In this document: piece after piece, positions 58,347-64,000 of the stretch | Position numbering within the stretch: position 1 is the first letter of the stretch | Layout: the number at the start of each line of letters is the position of its first letter | From: an uncultured Candidatus Binatia bacterium | GTDB taxonomy: Bacteria > Desulfobacterota > Binatia > UBA9968 > CAXXLF01 | DNA: 64,000 nucleotides | Direction: 5' to 3' | Assembly (NCBI GenBank): GCA_965218425.1 | Contig: OZ244621.1 | Span: forward strand, 3,680,001 to 3,744,000 | Translations under genes and position numbers: made by a program | The notes under the pieces: generated by a model | What the model was told of the DNA's origin: nothing | Database searches by the model: none | What the model saw: the letters and a program-made list of their open reading frames with translations, nothing else

Positions 58347-59372
58347 ATGGAGGAAACAGACAACAAGCGTGAAGTAAATTCAGAAGAAGAAGAGGCTTCC
58401 AGCAACGAGGCGGCTACACAGATCAATGACCAGCCGACCCCCAGTGTCCCTCAAGGGGGGGTGCCTGCCAATGAGTCCCCTAAGCAAAGGACTTTCCCAG
58501 GAGAAATTCCTGTTTCCTTTCAAGAGAGTTTGCAACGAATCCCCCAGAAAGAACGCAGAGAGAGGGATATTCTAACTCTGTTGATGCAGCCCGTTCTGGG
58601 AGCTTTGCCAAATCAGTTAAAGCGGGATTTAGAAACCACAGTGGGGAACCGAATCATCTTCTCCGCTGCGGCAGCCACCGGATTGAACATACTGCTAAAT
58701 CTCCTGGGCTATCCTGTCTTGATGATGCTGGTTGCCATTGGCTTGAATGGAGTAGATGTGGTTTTCAGTCAAAAGCTCAATGGGTTCATCCTGTTGGGAC
58801 TTTTTATAGGGTTTCTGGAAGGGTTTTACCGGATCAAAGAGGGTCTCTTGCACGCGAAGCCGGTGGAAGAAATGATCCTTAGAGGTTCCTTCTACGGAGG
58901 TCCTCTTTCCCCAGTGGCTCCCTGGTTTGCGGGCCGGCCGAAATTGCTGCGTGACATTCCGGTTCCAGTGGAAGGCTTCTATGAGAAGGGGTTCGTGGAC
59001 AAAGTCGAACGTGAGAGACGCTACGGTCATGCGTACACCATCGAGGATTTGGGGGCTGCCTATCACCTTCGACTGGAATTTCCAAGAAGGGTTCCCGATA
59101 TTGCCCTGCTTGCGAACTCCGATCTTTCTTCGGAAATGCCGGATTATGATTATGATCTGAACTTGAAAGATGGTCATTTTGTCGTCAAGGGAAAGTTGAC
59201 GGACGAACGGGTCAGGCGGTTCTGCGGGAGCGTGGGTGCTTTTCCGGGAGAATTCACGACGGTTATTCCTCTGGAAGAAGCCGTTGAGGGCTTTTCCCAC
59301 CGATTCGAGAACAAGCTTCTCGAAGTGCTCCTTATAAAGGGCAGGGTTGATGGTGAATCCATGGGGGCATAG
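58347..59372 (+). CDS. Membrane protein with C-terminal Hsp20/alpha-crystallin-like domain
   Basis: Acidic low-complexity N-terminus, 2-3 TM helices, YHLRLEFP...LKDGHFVVKG...FTTVIPL...FENKLLEVLLIK. Confidence 0.55.
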   Translation: MEETDNKREVNSEEEEASSNEAATQINDQPTPSVPQGGVPANESPKQRTFPGEIPVSFQESLQRIPQKERRERDILTLLMQPVLGALPNQLKRDLETTVGNRIIFSAAAATGLNILLNLLGYPVLMMLVAIGLNGVDVVFSQKLNGFILLGLFIGFLEGFYRIKEGLLHAKPVEEMILRGSFYGGPLSPVAPWFAGRPKLLRDIPVPVEGFYEKGFVDKVERERRYGHAYTIEDLGAAYHLRLEFPRRVPDIALLANSDLSSEMPDYDYDLNLKDGHFVVKGKLTDERVRRFCGSVGAFPGEFTTVIPLEEAVEGFSHRFENKLLEVLLIKGRVDGESMGA

Positions 59373-59382
59373 AAAATTCAGC

Positions 59383-59892
59383 ATGGAAGGAGCTAGGGAA
59401 AAAGTCCACGATAAGTCGGAAACCATAGGTTTTCCTGGAATCGAACATCCTGTGGCGCTCAGGGAGGTGAAATTAGCAGATATCGACCAGATGATGGCCA
59501 TTGAACGGGCCTCCTTCACCAGCCCATGGAGTGCCCGTTTCTTTCTTAAGGAAATTCGCGTTTCCTATGCGAAATCCGTTCTGGCGGAGGTAGAAGGACA
59601 GATCGTTGGGTATATCATTTACTGGCAATTACCCAAGGAAGCGGATATTCACAATCTTGCGGTTCACCCTTCCCATCGAAGGCGGGGGATCGGCCGCTCC
59701 TTGCTCACCACGGCCATTGATGGCGCGAAGGGTCAGGGCTCCGATCGGGTCACCCTGGAGGTTCGAAAATCCAATCAAGCAGCGCAGCAACTTTACCAGT
59801 CCCTGGGATTTGAAGAACGTGGTGTCCGGAAAGGTTATTATTCGGATGACGGAGAGGATGCGTTGGTGATGGTCCTCGACCTCGATGGATAA
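59383..59892 (+). CDS. rimI: Ribosomal-protein-alanine N-acetyltransferase
   Basis: IERASFTSPWS, HNLAVHP, RRRGIG, LEVRKSN, RKGYYSD.GEDA. Confidence 0.92.
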   Translation: MEGAREKVHDKSETIGFPGIEHPVALREVKLADIDQMMAIERASFTSPWSARFFLKEIRVSYAKSVLAEVEGQIVGYIIYWQLPKEADIHNLAVHPSHRRRGIGRSLLTTAIDGAKGQGSDRVTLEVRKSNQAAQQLYQSLGFEERGVRKGYYSDDGEDALVMVLDLDG

Positions 59893-59998
59893 CTAGATTT
59901 TACTTTAAGTTTGCTAGATTTAAATCAAAGTATTACATTCTTTTATACTATTTAAGCTATTGAAATAATTAATTATTATATTTAGTTAACCCCAACCC

Positions 59999-60027
59999 TT
60001 GACTGCGATCCTCGCGCGTAGTATAAG
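59999..60027 (+). promoter_or_regulatory. Candidate sigma70 promoter for carD
   Basis: TTGACT-17 bp-TATAAG preceded by an AT-rich UP-like tract. Confidence 0.55.
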
Positions 60028-60243
60028 AAGTGTTGCTATTTTTAGCGGTCAGTTCTTTCTGGCCGCTTTTGTTTTTCTTCTTTCTTGTTATGGTAGGACG
60101 GAACTTAATTTTTCCAGCTATGTGGGTTACCTGTTTTAGGGCCAATTTCCTACCAAACCGGTCATTTCATCACAGTATCGTACTAACTTCACAGTCTCTC
60201 GCGACTGCTGCGATCCATACGGGAAATCTTATAGGAGGACCAT

Positions 60244-60726
60244 ATGTTTAAAGTCGGAGAGAAGGTGGTGTATCCTGCACACGGGGTAGGACAAATCGAA
60301 GCGGTACGTACGCAAGCGATTTCGGGGCTCCCAAAAAAGTTTTATATGCTGAGAATCCTTGATACCGACATGAAAATCATGATCCCTATCGACAATGTGG
60401 AGTCCGTCGGGTTGAGAAAAGTCATTGACAAACAGATGGTTTCTCGAGTCTATAAGGTTTTACGTCAAAAGAAGGTGGAGACGGACCAACAGACCTGGAA
60501 TCGACGCTATCGAGAATATACTGAAAAAATCAAGACAGGTTCCGTATTGGAAATCGCCACAGTGCTTCGGGACCTATTTCTTCTTAAGGGAGATAAAGAG
60601 CTTTCCTTCGGTGAAAGAAAAGTATTGGATACTGCTAGAAACCTTCTGGTCAAGGAGCTTTCCATCGCGCGCTCCCACTCGGAGCAGAGAATTATGGACG
60701 AATTGCGTCACATCTTCACCTCCTAG
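60244..60726 (+). CDS. carD: CarD/CdnL RNA polymerase-binding factor
   Basis: FKVGEKVVYPAHGVG, WNRRYR, LSFGER; RBS aggagg. Confidence 0.95.
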   Translation: MFKVGEKVVYPAHGVGQIEAVRTQAISGLPKKFYMLRILDTDMKIMIPIDNVESVGLRKVIDKQMVSRVYKVLRQKKVETDQQTWNRRYREYTEKIKTGSVLEIATVLRDLFLLKGDKELSFGERKVLDTARNLLVKELSIARSHSEQRIMDELRHIFTS

Positions 60727-60796
60727 CTGTTTCGAATTTCCTAAAATAATTCAAGGACTGGCTTAGGCTTCATTCTCGGCCTAAACTGGGATCATT

Positions 60797-61504
60797 ATGC
60801 CAATGCGTGTCAATGCTGTGATCGTTGCAGCCGGTGGTGGGACCAGGATCGGGAAAGAGACCCCTAAACCGTACCTGCCCATTGCTGGACGACCCATGAT
60901 TCTCCATACCCTGGATCGTTTTGTGAGCTCCCAATCCGTCAACAAGGTGATTTTGGTAACTGGGGAGAGGGAAGTTACCAAATGTCAGGCACTTGTGGGG
61001 TCAGATCCCCGGTTGAACAAGCTTGAGTGCGTCGTGGAAAGGGGAGGTCCTAGACGACAAGACTCTGTGGGGCGGGGATTGGCGCGAGTGGACGATGATT
61101 GTGAAGTGGTTGTCATTCACGATGGAGCACGCCCCTTTGTTTCTGCTGCAATCATCGATGGGTGTGTTGAAGCAGCGTTTAGGCTAGGTGCCGTGGCGGT
61201 GGGTGTACCCGTGGAAGATACCATTAAGGTGGTATCGGCCAAAGGGGAGGTGCAACAAACCCCACCAAGGGATACCCTATGGAATATCCAGACGCCTCAG
61301 GTTTTTCGGATTGAGATTATACGGGAGGCCCATGAGCGGGCGGTGGCGGAAGGAGTAGATGCCACCGATGATGCCATGCTGGTGGAGCGGTTGGGTAGAA
61401 GCGTTACCGTGCTAAAAGGTGACACGAGTAATTTTAAAGTCACCTTCCCCGAAGACTTCCTTCTCGCAGAGATGCTCGTGAGTGCTGGAAAAATTCCTAC
61501 CTAG
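60797..61504 (+). CDS. ispD: 2-C-methyl-D-erythritol 4-phosphate cytidylyltransferase
   Basis: AAGGGTR, RQDSV, IHDGARP, DTIK, QTPQ, TDDA, KVT.PED. Confidence 0.95.
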   Translation: MPMRVNAVIVAAGGGTRIGKETPKPYLPIAGRPMILHTLDRFVSSQSVNKVILVTGEREVTKCQALVGSDPRLNKLECVVERGGPRRQDSVGRGLARVDDDCEVVVIHDGARPFVSAAIIDGCVEAAFRLGAVAVGVPVEDTIKVVSAKGEVQQTPPRDTLWNIQTPQVFRIEIIREAHERAVAEGVDATDDAMLVERLGRSVTVLKGDTSNFKVTFPEDFLLAEMLVSAGKIPT

Positions 61505-61519
61505 AATTATCTTTTTTGG

Positions 61520-61769
61520 GTCAATGGAGGTTCCATCTCACCAGATGGCAGAAGAGGTGGGCTTTGTAGATCCATGCCTACGAAGACGAACCCATATTCT
61601 TTAGGCTCAGCACGACGCGTTCCCTCAGGGTCGCGTCGTAAAACCGGTGCAATTCTTTGGATTGCGCTTGAATTCGAACCATTCCACCATGCAGAGTGAA
61701 ATGGCATTGCGTAAACCCGTACTCCCTGAGTAAGCGCTCGCATGAAGCCCTTTGATCCTTGTCATCCAC
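61520..61769 (-). pseudogene. C-terminal remnant of a LarE-like sacrificial sulfur transferase
   Basis: ERLLREYGFTQC...HGGMVRIQ...LRERVVLSLK, frameshift, GFVFVGMDL; N-terminal PP-loop absent. Confidence 0.55.
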
Positions 61770-61813
61770 TTCGAACCTAATGGGAAAATGGGTAGTCGGA
61801 AGGACCTTTAAGG

Positions 61814-62761
61814 TCAGGTATCGCTCACTTCGGGTGGATATTCAAAGGTCTCCGTGCTGAGGTAACGCTCACCTGTATCGCAGAAGACGGTAGCCACGAC
61901 TGAGTCTCTTCCAAGTTTGTTGGCCACTTGAAGAGAGGCGTAGACCGCAGCGCCAGAGGAGATCCCAACGAATATCCCTTCCTCCAGGGCAAGCCGCCGC
62001 GCGTAGCGTGCTGCATCCTCATCGCTCACCGTGATGATCTCATCGTAGATTTCTCTGTTGAGAACCCGGGGGACAAATCCTGCCCCAATCCCCTGGATAT
62101 TATGGTAGCCCGGTTCGCCCCCGGAAAGAACAGGGGAGGCGGAAGGTTCTACTGCAAATATTTTTATGCCCGCCACTTTTTCCTTTAGCACTTCTCCTAC
62201 TCCACTGATGGTTCCTCCTGTTCCAACGGCTGCAACAAAAGCATCAATGCGCTTGAACTGTTTGAGCAGTTCCACCGCAGTGGTCCGGCGGTGAACTTCG
62301 GGGTTTGCCGGATTATTAAATTGCTGGGGCATGAAATAATCGGGGTGCTCGAGCGCCAGTTGCTCCGCTTTTTGAATTGCCCCACCCATCCCCTTCGTGT
62401 CTTGTGTGAGAATGAGTTTCGCCCCGTAGGCCGTGAGTAGGCTGCGTCGTTCTTCGCTCATGGTGTCTGGCATGGTGAGTATCAAACGGTATCCTTTGAC
62501 TGCCGACACCAGTGCAAGGCCGATCCCCGTATTGCCACTGGTGGGTTCCACGATGGTGCCACCAGGTTTTAATTTGCCTTCCCGCTCAGCGGCCTCAATC
62601 ATGCTAAGGCAAATCCGGTCTTTGACGGAGCCCCCGGGATTCATGGACTCTAGTTTACCCCAGACCTCTCCATCCTCCTTTCCTGGCATGTTTCTCAATC
62701 TGACCACAGGTGTTGAACCGATCAAGTCCAGGATGGAGCGAGCACCGTGTAAACTAACCAT
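61814..62761 (-). CDS. cysK: Cysteine synthase A
   Basis: [50 protein letters not shown]. Confidence 0.95.
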   Translation of the reverse strand: MVSLHGARSILDLIGSTPVVRLRNMPGKEDGEVWGKLESMNPGGSVKDRICLSMIEAAEREGKLKPGGTIVEPTSGNTGIGLALVSAVKGYRLILTMPDTMSEERRSLLTAYGAKLILTQDTKGMGGAIQKAEQLALEHPDYFMPQQFNNPANPEVHRRTTAVELLKQFKRIDAFVAAVGTGGTISGVGEVLKEKVAGIKIFAVEPSASPVLSGGEPGYHNIQGIGAGFVPRVLNREIYDEIITVSDEDAARYARRLALEEGIFVGISSGAAVYASLQVANKLGRDSVVATVFCDTGERYLSTETFEYPPEVSDT

Positions 62762-62870
62762 GATGTCTGATACTCTGAAACTTTGAGGGGCAGGGAGTCA
62801 AAACTAAGCTTGAAACCATGGTATATGGTCCATGTTGGAATGTCAATTGAAAGACCGGGTGGGTCCCCCA

Positions 62871-63887
62871 ATGTCCGCTAATGAGCACCTTGAAGGCAAG
62901 GGACTAGTGGTTTTCCCGGGGGCCTTGGGCGATTTTTTGTGTTTCCTCCCCACCCTTAAGGTAATTTCGGAGCTACGGCAAGGGTCCCATATAGAAATGG
63001 TGATGCGGTCGGACTTCTCGGACTTGCTGGGAAATCCTCGTCCCGACTTTTCAGTTCGCTCACTGGATAATCATGAAATAGGTCGGTTGTTCGCAAATAG
63101 TGTGACGGAAGGGTCAAAACTGAAAAGCAGACTTGGCCCATGGGACTTTATCTATTCTTGGTTTGGAGCTCGTGATACGAATTTTGTCAGGAATCTGAGG
63201 GCGTTCTGTGATGGAGACTGCAAGATTTTTCCCTTCCGTCCATCCCCTATGCGGATACACTTAATGGACTATTATGGTTCTTGCCTGGACGTAAGGTATC
63301 CGGCAAAGCATCATCCAGAGATACCATTAACCTCTGCGGCGCTTGCATGGAGCGAACGCTATGGGTCGGAACATGGGCTGCGCGGTGGGCCCGTCCTTGC
63401 CATTTCGCCGGGAAGTGGGGCGAGGGAGAAAAACTGGGAAATTTCCTGTTATACGGATGTGATACGATGGTGGAGAGACCGAACCCACGGTAAGGTGCTG
63501 GTTGTCTTGGGTCCGGCGGAAGAAGGGTCTGCAGTGAAGACATTGCTTGGAGATCATGCCATAGTCGCACGTCACCTTGCGCTGGGGCAGGTGGCCGCGC
63601 TCTTGGCCCAGTGTCATGTTTATTTAGGTAATGATAGCGGTATCACTCATCTGGCGTCTGCGGTTGGAGTAAGTACCGTGGCTTTATTCGGTCCCACTGA
63701 TCCATTCCAATGGCGTCCTCGTGGGAAGAGGGTCACCGTCATCAACCAGGGGGTGGAGTGCTCGCCGTGTAACGTTGCTGCCATGAGGTCTTGTGCCCAT
63801 CGGAAATGTCTATCTCATCTGAGCCCAGATACGGTGATTGGGGTTTTAAAAAGGATGCTCGCTGAAGGTCGTCTTGACAAGGACTGA
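62871..63887 (+). CDS. Glycosyltransferase family 9 (LPS heptosyltransferase-like)
   Basis: GALGD, PGSG..EKNW, GNDSGITHLA, LFGPT, CSPC...C...C. Confidence 0.88.
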   Translation: MSANEHLEGKGLVVFPGALGDFLCFLPTLKVISELRQGSHIEMVMRSDFSDLLGNPRPDFSVRSLDNHEIGRLFANSVTEGSKLKSRLGPWDFIYSWFGARDTNFVRNLRAFCDGDCKIFPFRPSPMRIHLMDYYGSCLDVRYPAKHHPEIPLTSAALAWSERYGSEHGLRGGPVLAISPGSGAREKNWEISCYTDVIRWWRDRTHGKVLVVLGPAEEGSAVKTLLGDHAIVARHLALGQVAALLAQCHVYLGNDSGITHLASAVGVSTVALFGPTDPFQWRPRGKRVTVINQGVECSPCNVAAMRSCAHRKCLSHLSPDTVIGVLKRMLAEGRLDKD

Positions 63888-64000
63888 ATCGAGATTTAAA
63901 GTTAAATACTGTAAGTATTATCGTTAATGAAGAACTTCGTTTCTTAACCCCATCAGCAATAGCACACCTTCAGAGGTTGGGACTGGAAACCAGATTCCAG

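Overview
Bacterial chromosomal segment. Gene content and repeat style suggest a deltaproteobacteria-like lineage such as Binatota (inference only). The left two-thirds (about 5-47 kb) is mostly accessory catabolic DNA: a Rieske oxygenase, a gentisate-type dioxygenase, three UbiD decarboxylases, two xanthine-dehydrogenase-family Mo subunits, amidohydrolases, PrpF and a ComD/E-like pair. It also holds two inverted IS481-like copies bracketing a 7.4 kb aromatic-catabolism cassette and an intact ISNCY-like element. Core loci are tRNA-Ser-ffs-dnaX-ybaB-recR, metF, pncA, gdhA-efp, coaE, tRNA-Cys, rimI, carD-ispD and cysK, plus a glucosylglycerate (GpgS/phosphatase) operon at the start. Highlights the ORF track misses: (1) a peroxiredoxin-like selenoprotein with an in-frame UGA (W-U-P-F-C) and a SECIS-like hairpin; (2) a non-coding, two-module structured element in three dispersed copies with conserved stems and variable internal loops, resembling an IS110-type bridge RNA but with no recombinase nearby; (3) the possible composite transposon; (4) many gene remnants and heptamer/REP-like repeats.
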